In this document: positions 8,612 through 17,681 of the stretch, piece by piece
Layout: each line of letters begins with the position of its first letter
Position numbering within the stretch: the stretch's first letter is position 1
DNA from: Kiritimatiellia bacterium
GTDB lineage: Bacteria > Verrucomicrobiota > Kiritimatiellia > RFP12 > UBA1067
NCBI GenBank assembly: GCA_017454745.1
Contig: JAFTCL010000048.1
Coordinates: forward strand, 22,534 to 86,533
Direction of reading: 5' to 3'
Length of the DNA: 64,000 bases
Program-made: the position numbers and the translations under genes
Notes under the pieces: generated by a model
Database searches by the model: none
The model's input: only the letters and a program-made list of their open reading frames with translations
What the model was told of the DNA's origin: nothing

Positions 8612-8830
8612 ATGGAAGAGAAAATTAAAGCCAAACTCGAAGAACTGCGCGGAATGCTCCAAGCCGACGGCGGCGATTTGGAACTGGTTTCCATCGAGGA
8701 CAAAGTGGTCACGCTCCAACTGCGCGGCGCCTGCGGCAACTGTCCCCACGCGACCATGACGCTGAAACAGGGCATCGAACGCATCCTCCGCGAAACGATC
8801 GACCCCGAAATCGTTGTTGAGCGCGCCTAA
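8612..8830 (+). CDS. NifU-like Fe-S cluster assembly domain protein (Nfu C-terminal domain type)
   Basis: Roughly 72 aa with the CxxC motif GACGNCPHATMTLK and the conserved LE.VRP.LQADGGD.ELV-type pattern. The start at MEEKIKAKL is preceded by an RBS (GGGAGAAAA). Confidence 0.65.
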   Translation: MEEKIKAKLEELRGMLQADGGDLELVSIEDKVVTLQLRGACGNCPHATMTLKQGIERILRETIDPEIVVERA

Positions 8831-8855
8831 TCGCGACACCTTTGGAGACCTGCGC

Positions 8856-10472
8856 ATGAAATTGCCGATTCTGCCGTTTCTGGTTTTTGCCGCCGGTATC
8901 GCGGCGGCGGCGCCGTCGTTTAAAGCAGAAAAACCCTATCCGGCGATAGGCCTGAAATTCAAGACCTTGAGCGGCGGCAATCCCGAACCGCTCAAACAGG
9001 CGCAAACGCACACTTACACCCGCACCGACAACCAAACCGGCGCCACCGACGAGCTGGAACTGTTCAGCGCCCGCGAACTGTGGTACGCCACGCAGCATCT
9101 CGGGCAGTGGCGCGACAAGGCGGGGAACCTGATGATTCTCGGGCGGGCCGACTACGCATTGCCAAAGGTACGCGTAACCGCCGGAACACACGTAAGCCGC
9201 GAAGATTTCGAACAGGCGGCGGCGGATAACAATCTGCGAATCGGACAAGTCGATATCACCGACAACCGGCTGCTTTCTTGGGTGGGGGATTTCGCCGACG
9301 CCAAACCCGGCGAACCGGAAAAGATCCGCTGTCCCTTCCGGATTCGCGATGCCGCATTCGTCCCCACCGACCATCCCCAGCAGGTTGCCTGCCTTTTCCG
9401 GATCAAATCGCAGCTTCCCGCCGCCGATGACTGGTATTGCCTGATTATCGAGATTGCCGACGGCACCCCGACCGCCAAGGTGCGCAAAGACATCGAAACC
9501 CAGTTCCTCGCCACCATCTCCGCCATTCCGCGCTCATCCACTACAACCCGCGCCGACAACAAGGAGCTGAAGACCTTTACTCCCGGAACGCGGACTCCGG
9601 AAAAGATCGCCGACCATCCCAGCCGCGACGCCGCTAAAAAAAGCATTGCCAACATGGCTGGCTGGTGGTACGCCGAAACCGCGGACTACATATTCCTCTC
9701 TGACGTTCGCAGTTCGCTCGGCAAAAATCTGGTTAAGACCTTCCAAACCATACTTCCCGACTACCGCAAGGCGCTCAAAAAGCTGGTACCCCCGTTTGTT
9801 GAGCAGACCGACGTGAACGTGGTGCGGATATTCGAGAACGAAGCCGACTACAAACGCCATGTCGGGCCTAAACACGAATTCAGCGACGGCATCTGGAATC
9901 CGGCGCTTCGCGAACTGGCAATCCTATCCTGCGGCAACAAAAAAGCCGAAGAGACCATGGACATCATGCGCCACGAAGGGTTCCACCAGTACCTCTTTTA
10001 CGCCGCCGATAAAATCATCGTCTCGACCTGGCTCAACGAGGGCTACGCCTGTTTCTGCGAAGGCGCGGTAATAAAGGGCGGACGGGTCTCGTTCCCGGAG
10101 ACCGGACGGGTTGACCAGCTGTTGCGCGAACTGCCCGCCGCCACCGCGTTGATCCCCAAACTGATAAAAACCAGCCACGAGGGTTTTTACGCCGGAAACG
10201 ACCAGCAGATCAGCTTGAAATACGCCACCGCGTGGGGAATTGTGTACTTTCTGTGCAAGGGGGTCCCCTCCAACCGCAAATACGAAGCATACGCCACGAT
10301 TTTGCCCGACTACTGGAAAACGCTAAAGGAAACCCGTGATTGCGAAAAGGCCAACGCGGCCGCGTTTGAGGGCGTGAGCATGGAGAAATTCCAAAAGGAT
10401 TTCTCCGAATTCTGGCAAAAAGGCCGCAACGCCGCCCGCAGGATCGACCCGCTGGCGGCGAACCCAAAATAA
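8856..10472 (+). CDS. Secreted putative zinc-metallopeptidase-like protein (HExxH motif; resembles DUF1570)
   Basis: Signal peptide MKLPILPFLVFAAGIAAAAP. HExxH appears as MRHEGFHQY, with NEGYACFCEG downstream. The RIFENEADY block is typical of DUF1570 proteins. Confidence 0.5.
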   Translation: MKLPILPFLVFAAGIAAAAPSFKAEKPYPAIGLKFKTLSGGNPEPLKQAQTHTYTRTDNQTGATDELELFSARELWYATQHLGQWRDKAGNLMILGRADYALPKVRVTAGTHVSREDFEQAAADNNLRIGQVDITDNRLLSWVGDFADAKPGEPEKIRCPFRIRDAAFVPTDHPQQVACLFRIKSQLPAADDWYCLIIEIADGTPTAKVRKDIETQFLATISAIPRSSTTTRADNKELKTFTPGTRTPEKIADHPSRDAAKKSIANMAGWWYAETADYIFLSDVRSSLGKNLVKTFQTILPDYRKALKKLVPPFVEQTDVNVVRIFENEADYKRHVGPKHEFSDGIWNPALRELAILSCGNKKAEETMDIMRHEGFHQYLFYAADKIIVSTWLNEGYACFCEGAVIKGGRVSFPETGRVDQLLRELPAATALIPKLIKTSHEGFYAGNDQQISLKYATAWGIVYFLCKGVPSNRKYEAYATILPDYWKTLKETRDCEKANAAAFEGVSMEKFQKDFSEFWQKGRNAARRIDPLAANPK

Positions 10473-10493
10473 ACCGTTCCCTAGGGAGGGAAT

Positions 10494-11645
10494 ATGAAAG
10501 AAATCTCCGCCGCGCCGGCAAAGCGGCAGATTGTCTGGCTGGACGCAGCCAGATTCTTGGCGATGTTGTTTGTGTGCGTGTCGCACGCCGGCGACACGTT
10601 TAACTGCAACCCGCCCGCCGGGGAAGAGGCGCTGTACAATTTCTGGGGGGCGATCTGGGGGTCGCTCTCCCGCTTTTGCGTGCCGGTGTTCGCCATGATC
10701 ACCGGGTATCTGCTGTTGCCGGTGCGGACCGGCCACGCCGAGTTTTACAAAAAACGCATCGGGCGGGTGTTGCCGCCGTTCCTTTTCTGGTCGGTCATCT
10801 ACTGCCTGCTGCCGGGGGTTATCGGACTGATCGGGGGCGACCTTAAGACCCTCAAAGTGCTCATCCCGTTCGCCGAAGAACAGCCGTTGACTTTCGCCGC
10901 CTGTCTGCCGAATATCGCCAAGATCCTGTTCAACTTCAACTGGATCACCACCCATATGTGGTACGTCTATATGCTGATCGGCCTCTATTTGATTCTGCCG
11001 GTGGTTTCCGCCTGGTATCATACCGCGTCGGAACGCGCCAAATGGGGGTTCGTCGGGCTGTGGGGAGTAACGCTCTTCATCCCCTACCTGCGCCACCTGC
11101 TCGGCGGGATGAACCTTTGGGGGGTGTGCGAATGGAACGACACCGGAATGTTCTACGGTTTCGCCGGTTTTACCGGCTACCTGCTGTTCGGTTCGCTGCT
11201 CGGACGCATGAAACCCTGGTCCTGGGGCAAGACCGCCGCCATCGCCGCGCCGCTTTTCATCGCCGGTTTTCTGACGGTGTTTTTCGGGTTCCGCCACTTC
11301 CAGCTCGCCAACCCCGAATACAACGCGGACTGGGAACTTTTCTGGTGGTACTGTTCGCCGCAGGTCGCGGCAATGTCCGCTGCCGTGTTCCTTTTCGCCA
11401 AGAAATTCGACCGCCTTCCACCCCGTTTGGCGGGATTTCTCGGGGAGGTCAACCGCTGCGGGTTTGGCGTGTACCTTTGCCACTACGCGCTAATCGGGCT
11501 TTGCAACCGGTTTTTGGTCCGGCCGCTGCGTCTGCCTGCGTGGCTGCAACTGCCGCTGATGGCCGCGCTGGCCTTTATCGCGGCGTTTTCCCTAATCCAT
11601 TTCGTCCGGCGCATACCAGGCGTCGGGCGTAAAATCACAGGCTGA
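10494..11645 (+). CDS. Membrane acyltransferase of family 3 (OafA/YrhL-like)
   Basis: N-terminus WLDAARFLAMLFVCVSHAGD and roughly 10 predicted transmembrane segments. This is the typical acyltransferase-3 architecture. Confidence 0.75.
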   Translation: MKEISAAPAKRQIVWLDAARFLAMLFVCVSHAGDTFNCNPPAGEEALYNFWGAIWGSLSRFCVPVFAMITGYLLLPVRTGHAEFYKKRIGRVLPPFLFWSVIYCLLPGVIGLIGGDLKTLKVLIPFAEEQPLTFAACLPNIAKILFNFNWITTHMWYVYMLIGLYLILPVVSAWYHTASERAKWGFVGLWGVTLFIPYLRHLLGGMNLWGVCEWNDTGMFYGFAGFTGYLLFGSLLGRMKPWSWGKTAAIAAPLFIAGFLTVFFGFRHFQLANPEYNADWELFWWYCSPQVAAMSAAVFLFAKKFDRLPPRLAGFLGEVNRCGFGVYLCHYALIGLCNRFLVRPLRLPAWLQLPLMAALAFIAAFSLIHFVRRIPGVGRKITG

Positions 11646-11654
11646 GGTACCGCA

Positions 11655-13988
11655 ATGTCCAACACCGCCTTCAACCGCGTTTTAATCCGAATCGCCGCGT
11701 TGGGTTTCGCCGCCGCCGCGTTGGCGGACCCGGAACCCGCCGCGCAGACATTCGGCCTTTCAGTAACCCCGTCCGGCTCTACCAACGCCGTCGCGCTGCC
11801 GTTCCAAATGCCGCTCGCCTTCCCCGGTGAAGCCAGCTGCACTCTGGCCGCGACCAACACCTCGTTTTGGCTGGACGCCGACTCGTTGCGGCTGGTTCTG
11901 GCGTGGCCGGAGGGTGCCCCGCGCTACTCCGGCGGGTTGGTGTGGCTAAAAGACCGCGACGACATCTGGCACCAGCAGGTTTTCGCAAAACATCTCTCCG
12001 CCGGCGCCACCAACGTCATCGAAATCCCATTCGGGGCAACGGCGGCGGGCTGGACCACGCCCGGCCATTCGCTGGCTTGGCACTACCGCGCCCGGCTGAA
12101 CCCGCAGTCGATTGGCTTCCGGGTATTCGCGGACAACACCTTCACCGGCCGTTGCGAAGTGGTGTCCGCGACCTTGACCGTCAAACCGCCGGCGGGGGTG
12201 CCGCAGATTATGCGCGTCAGAGCGCTGACCTCCGCACCGCGGGTTCTGGAGAAATTTGAACTGCGGTTTGACCTTCCGGACCGTTACGCCAACCCCTTCG
12301 ACCCCGAAACCATCGATGCCGGGGCAAAAATAATCACCCCGTCCGGCACCACCAACACCATCACCGCCTTCTACTATCAGCCTTACTACCGGCTGGAAGA
12401 CGAACTCGGCGAACCGGTCGAACCCGCCGGCCGACCGGAGTGGCGCATTCGCTACTGCCCGCGCGAGCCGGGAGAATACCGCGTGTCGCTCTTCGCCAAA
12501 GACCGCTGGGGCGAAGCGTCGGCGGAATCGGCCGCCACCTTCTCGGCCGCACCGGCGGGGACCGACCCGATGCGGTTTGTGCGGGTCTCGGCAAAAGACC
12601 GCCGGTTTTTCGAGTTCGACAACGGTGACCTTTACTACCCGATCGGCCACAACACTCGGTCCGCCAACGATGCCCGCATGAACGACAAATTCCCGTGGAT
12701 TTTCCGCAAGGAAGAGAGCACCGCAGTCTATCGCCGCTACTTCCAGCAAATGCAGGCGTCGGGCGAAAACTGGGCGGAGGTGTGGATGAGCGCGTGGTCG
12801 CTGGGTCTGGAATGGACAGAAGGCATTGGCGGCTACCACGGCGCAGGCGACTACCACTCCGGCAACGCCTGGGAGCTGGACCGGGTGCTGGAACTGGCCG
12901 AAAAACACCGCATCCACATCAACCTGGTGCTGAACTACCATGGGCGGATGAGCAGCTGGTGCGATCCGGAATGGCATCTCCACCCGTATAACAAGCGGAC
13001 TCCCGGCGGATGGCTGGAAATGCCGCTGCAATTCTTTGACGATCCCAAGGCCGTGGCGATGCAAAAGCGCTTTATCCGCTACACCCAGGCCCGTTGGGGA
13101 TGGTCTCCGGCCATCTTCGGCTACGAACTGTGCAGCGAGCTTAATCTGACCGGGCACGAATCGCACCACCGCACCAATTTCGACCCCCGCGTGGTTAACT
13201 GGTGCAAGGTGATGAGCGAATACTTTGAGGAGATCGACCCCTACCGGCACCTTGTATCGGCGCACGTCTCCAACGACTATAACTTCATCTGCCCGGAACA
13301 CGCCAAACTTCCGACGCTCGACTTCAACCCGCTCGACGCCTACCACCACACCCAGCCGGAACGCATCATCGCGCTGGCCGCCGAAACCGCCAACTTCGGT
13401 TTGCAGTTCGACAAGCCGATTCTGATCACCGAGTTTGGCGGCTCCCCGATGGCGGCGGGAAAGGAGCACTTGAAGATCGAGCTGCACGCCGCGCTTTGGA
13501 CCGGGGTGTGCGTACCGCTCGCCGGAACCCCGATGTTCTGGTGGTGGCGGGTGGTGGAGGAGAACAACCTTTACCCGTACTACGCCGCCGTCGCCAAATT
13601 CATGGAGGGGGAGGATCCCCGCGACCCAGCCGCGAAAATGGTCAGGCCCGCCATCGGCGCCGTGGAAGGGAAAACCGCCCCGCAGGCCGCCAACTACCTT
13701 TGCATCGGCACGGTGTCGCCGCGTTCCGCCCGCTGTTACGTCTATCCCAAATCCTTCCCGCGCCCGCCCGCAAAACCGATCGCCGCGGAATTCCTGACCG
13801 CCACCATCAAGGATTTGGAGCCGGGAACCTACCGGGCGGAGTTCTTCGACACCCGCACCGGGAAATCCATCGCCAAGCGCGATACCCGCGCGGAAAACGG
13901 AACGCTGGTGCTGTCGGTTCCCAAATTCAGCAATGACTGCGCCTTCAAATTGCACCAAGTCACCGCCATTGCCCCGAAAGCGAACTGA
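11655..13988 (+). CDS. Secreted putative glycoside hydrolase with a clan GH-A-like TIM barrel (DUF5060/DUF4038-like)
   Basis: Signal peptide. Candidate acid/base motif YELCSELN and nucleophile motif PILITEFGG. At 777 aa it carries extra N- and C-terminal beta-rich domains. Confidence 0.45.
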   Translation: MSNTAFNRVLIRIAALGFAAAALADPEPAAQTFGLSVTPSGSTNAVALPFQMPLAFPGEASCTLAATNTSFWLDADSLRLVLAWPEGAPRYSGGLVWLKDRDDIWHQQVFAKHLSAGATNVIEIPFGATAAGWTTPGHSLAWHYRARLNPQSIGFRVFADNTFTGRCEVVSATLTVKPPAGVPQIMRVRALTSAPRVLEKFELRFDLPDRYANPFDPETIDAGAKIITPSGTTNTITAFYYQPYYRLEDELGEPVEPAGRPEWRIRYCPREPGEYRVSLFAKDRWGEASAESAATFSAAPAGTDPMRFVRVSAKDRRFFEFDNGDLYYPIGHNTRSANDARMNDKFPWIFRKEESTAVYRRYFQQMQASGENWAEVWMSAWSLGLEWTEGIGGYHGAGDYHSGNAWELDRVLELAEKHRIHINLVLNYHGRMSSWCDPEWHLHPYNKRTPGGWLEMPLQFFDDPKAVAMQKRFIRYTQARWGWSPAIFGYELCSELNLTGHESHHRTNFDPRVVNWCKVMSEYFEEIDPYRHLVSAHVSNDYNFICPEHAKLPTLDFNPLDAYHHTQPERIIALAAETANFGLQFDKPILITEFGGSPMAAGKEHLKIELHAALWTGVCVPLAGTPMFWWWRVVEENNLYPYYAAVAKFMEGEDPRDPAAKMVRPAIGAVEGKTAPQAANYLCIGTVSPRSARCYVYPKSFPRPPAKPIAAEFLTATIKDLEPGTYRAEFFDTRTGKSIAKRDTRAENGTLVLSVPKFSNDCAFKLHQVTAIAPKAN

Positions 13989-13991
13989 ACC

Positions 13992-14966
13992 ATGTCCGCC
14001 CGCCCAACCACCTTCGTCGCTTTAGTGCTGCTGGCCGCCGGAGCGGTCGCGCAGTCGGTAGGCGGCATTGGGGGTATGAGCGTGTCCGACGACCGGGTCC
14101 GACGCCGCTCCGTGCCCGACCCGGTTGCCGCCAGCGGGGAACTGCGGATGCGGAGTCTGCAAATTACCGTATCGCCGCCGCAAATGTACCTCAACGTGGG
14201 CACCGACCGGCGGTTCGGCCCCTACGCGCTTTCGGACGGCACGGAGATCGGCGTCGCCCAGCCGCCGTACAAACTAACCGCCGTGCGGGACGGCAGTTTT
14301 TCCGTGCGGGGGCCGGATCAAACGGTTTACGGCCCGTTCAGCAGCGCCGACGGCACCGCGATAACGATCGGCCGCCAGAGCGCCGTTGTGCTGCGGCCGA
14401 CCGTCGACCTCGCGGTGCGGTTGGAATGGAACGGCATGAAACGGCAGAAACCGGTCATCGGCGTCGCCGTCGCCAACCAGCCGCTTTATCAGGCGCTTTA
14501 CGAACTTCGGGACCACTTCGCGACGGTGATAAACCGCGTAAATTACGAAACCGCCGACCGGGAGATACAAGGCGTGCCGCGCCGCATCCACTACCCCAAC
14601 GGACGCAGCAACGCCGGGAACGTCGTGTCGGTTTCCAAGCGCGACAAGGAAAACTCCGAATGGCAGGCCGAACGCAGTTGCGTCAACGCGGTGGAAAGGC
14701 TTTTTAACCAACGTTTCCATATCAAGTCCTACGCGTTAACCGACCGTTTCACCAGCCACTTCCGGATGCCGGCGGGACGGTATCTGCTTTGCGCCATGCA
14801 GCGTTACAGCGACCCAAGGCAATCATCCACCTTCGCCGGATCAAAAACCGCCATCTGGTGGACGGAATTCACTTTCGACGGACAAAGCGGACTAAGCCTG
14901 GAGTTGACGCCTGAAAACGCCGTCAGCTGGAGAGAAATTTTCCCGTTCCAAACAATCAGCGAATAA
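13992..14966 (+). CDS. Secreted hypothetical protein
   Basis: Signal peptide MSARPTTFVALVLLAAGAVAQS. 324 aa with no recognisable motifs. Lies directly downstream of 11655-13988 on the same strand. Confidence 0.5.
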   Translation: MSARPTTFVALVLLAAGAVAQSVGGIGGMSVSDDRVRRRSVPDPVAASGELRMRSLQITVSPPQMYLNVGTDRRFGPYALSDGTEIGVAQPPYKLTAVRDGSFSVRGPDQTVYGPFSSADGTAITIGRQSAVVLRPTVDLAVRLEWNGMKRQKPVIGVAVANQPLYQALYELRDHFATVINRVNYETADREIQGVPRRIHYPNGRSNAGNVVSVSKRDKENSEWQAERSCVNAVERLFNQRFHIKSYALTDRFTSHFRMPAGRYLLCAMQRYSDPRQSSTFAGSKTAIWWTEFTFDGQSGLSLELTPENAVSWREIFPFQTISE

Positions 14967-15169
14967 CCGCGCCCGGATTGACTATTGCCCCGGTTTTTGC
15001 TAAACTGTTTTTGATTTTCTTTGGCGGTGTATGCCCTTGAAAGAAAAGCGAGGACGGAATGACGGCGAGAGCAAGATATTTCGCATCAATTGCGGCGATG
15101 TAAAGGTGGCAAACGTGACCTTTGCGGGAGTCATTGTTTGTCGTTTCCATGCCTGAGGAAGGAGACTTT

Positions 15170-16285
15170 ATGAATGAGTTGAAGTATGTCGATCCCAAAG
15201 CCGATCTGACTTTCAAGAAGGTTTTTGGCGAACACCCGGACTTGATAACAAGTCTGTTGAATGCGTTGCTGCCCTTGCCGGAGGATGGCCGGATTGTCTC
15301 TATCGAATATCTTACCCCGGAGATTGTTCCCGATGATCCGCTTCACAAGGACAGCATTGTGGATGTCCGCTGCAAGGATCAGAAAGACCGCCAGTTCATT
15401 GTAGAAATGCAGATGATATGGTCTCCGGACTACAACCAGCGCGCTCTTTTCAACGCCGCAAAGGCGTACTCCCGCGAACTTCCGGCGGGCGGGGACTACT
15501 GCAACCTCAAAACAGTCTATTCGCTGAATCTTTTGAACGACAACCTTGATCTTGATGTTCCGCAGTGGTATCACCTTTATCGTCTGGAACACCACAAGGT
15601 CAAAGGCGAGACGATAGACGGAATCCAGCTTGTTTTCGTTGAACTCAAGAAGTTCGAGCCGCACACCTGGCCGGAGCGAAAGATGGCGGTGCTGTGGCTT
15701 CGTTTCCTTACGGAGATTGACGGCAACACGCGCAAGGCCCCGCCGGAACTGGAGGCGAATCCGGAAGTCAGGAAAGCCCTGGAAATGGTGGAGGTTGCCG
15801 CCCTCACCCCGGAAGAGCGGGCGAGGTACGACGGATTTCAGGACTGGCTCTGCCGCGAAACGCGGCGCGCCAACGCCGAGAAAAGACTAAAGGACGCCGA
15901 GAAAGATCTGGAAAGACTTCCCGAGCTTAAGGCGGAGCTTGACGCGGCAAAGTCCGAGCTTGACACGGCAAAGTCCGAGCTTGACACGGCAAAGTCCGAG
16001 CTTGACACGGCAAAGTCCGAACTTGACACGGCAAAGTCCGAGCTTGACACGGCGAAGTTCGAGCTTGACACGGCGAAGTTCGAGCTTGACACGGCAAAGT
16101 CCGAGCGCGACGCGGCAAAGTCCGAACTTGACGCGGCAAAGTCCGAGCGCGACGCGGCGGTAGAAAAGATGCGGCAAGACAAACTCCGGACCGCCCGGAA
16201 CCTAAAGGCCATGAATCTTGCCAACGAGCAAATCGCGGCGGCAACCGGTCTTACCGCCGCTGAAATCGACGCGCTCCAACCTTAA
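15170..16285 (+). CDS. Rpn-family recombination-promoting nuclease / putative transposase (PD-(D/E)XK; YhgA-like), with an internal heptad-repeat coiled-coil insertion
   Basis: Rpn-like N-terminus KYVDPKADLTFKKVFGEHPDLITSLLNALL. Rpn-type C-terminal tail LANEQIAAATGLTAAEIDALQP. Strong RBS (GAGGAAGGAGAC) before the ATG at 15170. Confidence 0.7.
   Translation: MNELKYVDPKADLTFKKVFGEHPDLITSLLNALLPLPEDGRIVSIEYLTPEIVPDDPLHKDSIVDVRCKDQKDRQFIVEMQMIWSPDYNQRALFNAAKAYSRELPAGGDYCNLKTVYSLNLLNDNLDLDVPQWYHLYRLEHHKVKGETIDGIQLVFVELKKFEPHTWPERKMAVLWLRFLTEIDGNTRKAPPELEANPEVRKALEMVEVAALTPEERARYDGFQDWLCRETRRANAEKRLKDAEKDLERLPELKAELDAAKSELDTAKSELDTAKSELDTAKSELDTAKSELDTAKFELDTAKFELDTAKSERDAAKSELDAAKSERDAAVEKMRQDKLRTARNLKAMNLANEQIAAATGLTAAEIDALQP
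15927..16166 (+). repeat. About 11 tandem copies of a 21-bp unit (GCAAAGTCCGAGCTTGACACG) encoding [SELDTAK]n inside the Rpn gene
   Basis: Near-perfect in-frame 21-bp tandem repeats. The last copies are degenerate (TTC/CGC variants). Confidence 0.9.
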
Positions 16286-16331
16286 TCCCCTTTCGCGGAT
16301 TTTATTGTTCCGGCCAGGATTAATGCCAGGA

Positions 16332-17669
16332 TCAGCCGTTCTCCTCAAGCTGCTCTGCGGGCGCCTTCCACATCATCAGCACCACCAGCCCTCCAGCTAT
16401 GGCCGCCGCGAGAATCGTGGCGTATGCGGCATCCCAGCCCCAGTTCTGCGCCATCCATCCAAATCCGATGCCGCTGATGATTGTGCTCAAGTAGCCGAGT
16501 ACCCCAAGGATGCCGCCTGCGGTAGCCGCTGCTCGCGGAGTGGCCTGCTGCGTTGACGATATCCCAAGCAACGCCTGCGGGCCGTACAGGAAAAAGCCGA
16601 TCATCGCGAACGGAACCAGTTTCGCCGCAAACGGCGCGGACACGGGCACAGCCCAGAACCCCGCGACCGATAGCGCAATGCCGAGGAAGCAGAACACGCA
16701 GGTACGGTGCGTGCGGCTGCCGAATATGTGATCGCTTGCCCAGCCCGCCGCGAGCATGCCCAGATTGCCGCCGACAATCTCAAACGTGAAACAAAGCGTC
16801 GTTGCCGCCGCGAGGGTCAGACCCTTCGACTCCATGAGCAGCGTCGGGCCCCAGTCGAGGGCGGCAAAGCGCACCGTGTTCACGAAGAAGTTGGAGATGG
16901 CAAGAATCCAGATGTACGGATTCCTCAGCACGTGGTCGCGCACAAACGCCTTGTGGGCCTCGCTCTCCTCCTTCGTCCTGACAACCGTCACCTTGCGTCC
17001 GGGAATAGGCGGCAACCCGACATCATCGGGCGAGTCCTTCATCGCGAAAAGCAGCCCCAACGAACCGGCCATCGCAATGCCGGCCGGCACGAGGAAACAT
17101 AGCCGCCAGGCGTTGAAGTGCGGGATGATCCACCATCCGAGGAGCGCGAACACGCCGCCCGCGCCGATTGAGTGCGAAAGATTCCAGATGGCCTGCTTCG
17201 TGGCGAGCTGGTTGGGCGGAAACCATAGCGGCAGCGTCTTCACGCACGGTCCCACGCCCATGCCCTGGAAATAGCTGTTTACGATGTAGAGGATGCCCAT
17301 CGTCCAGACGAGCGCCGACGCTGCGGAGACGCCCTTGGCAACCGCCGGCGCCGCGCCGCCCAGCGCGATGAAATCGCTCACGCCGAAAACGACGTTAACG
17401 ACGGAGCAGACGAAGAGGCCGAAGGACATCACCTTGCGCGCGCTGTTGCGGTCGGTGATGATGCCGTTCGTGAAGCGCGCCAGACCGTAGAGCATCCCGC
17501 CCGCCGTGAGGAACGCGCCAAGCTGCACCTTGCTGATGCCGATTCCGCCCAGAAGCGGCATCGCCAGCGAGAAGTTTTTGCGGATGATGTAGTAGAGGGC
17601 GTAACCGCCCATCGTCACCAGCAGCGTCTCCCACTGCCACCAGCCGAGCGATCTTTTAGTCTTAGCCAT
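16332..17669 (-). CDS. MFS transporter of the organophosphate:Pi antiporter family (GlpT/UhpT-like)
   Basis: 445 aa with 12 predicted transmembrane segments. N-terminal region (YYIIRKNFSLAMPLL...YGLARFTNGIITDR) matches the GlpT/UhpT family. Confidence 0.65.
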   Translation of the reverse strand: MAKTKRSLGWWQWETLLVTMGGYALYYIIRKNFSLAMPLLGGIGISKVQLGAFLTAGGMLYGLARFTNGIITDRNSARKVMSFGLFVCSVVNVVFGVSDFIALGGAAPAVAKGVSAASALVWTMGILYIVNSYFQGMGVGPCVKTLPLWFPPNQLATKQAIWNLSHSIGAGGVFALLGWWIIPHFNAWRLCFLVPAGIAMAGSLGLLFAMKDSPDDVGLPPIPGRKVTVVRTKEESEAHKAFVRDHVLRNPYIWILAISNFFVNTVRFAALDWGPTLLMESKGLTLAAATTLCFTFEIVGGNLGMLAAGWASDHIFGSRTHRTCVFCFLGIALSVAGFWAVPVSAPFAAKLVPFAMIGFFLYGPQALLGISSTQQATPRAAATAGGILGVLGYLSTIISGIGFGWMAQNWGWDAAYATILAAAIAGGLVVLMMWKAPAEQLEENG

Positions 17670-17681
17670 GTTTCCGGTTCC

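Noticed and set aside
10323-11483. 386-aa minus-strand ORF inside the acyltransferase-3 gene
   Set aside because: Antisense shadow. The + strand product has the expected 10-TM acyltransferase topology.
11946-13958. 670-aa minus-strand ORF opposite the 777-aa glycoside hydrolase-like gene
   Set aside because: Long GC-driven antisense ORF. It has no start context and no motifs.
15927-16244. ORFs on both strands within the 21-bp repeat array (for example 15887-16177 minus, 15939-16163 plus)
   Set aside because: Repeat arrays stay open in several frames. Only the Rpn frame has flanking conserved domains.
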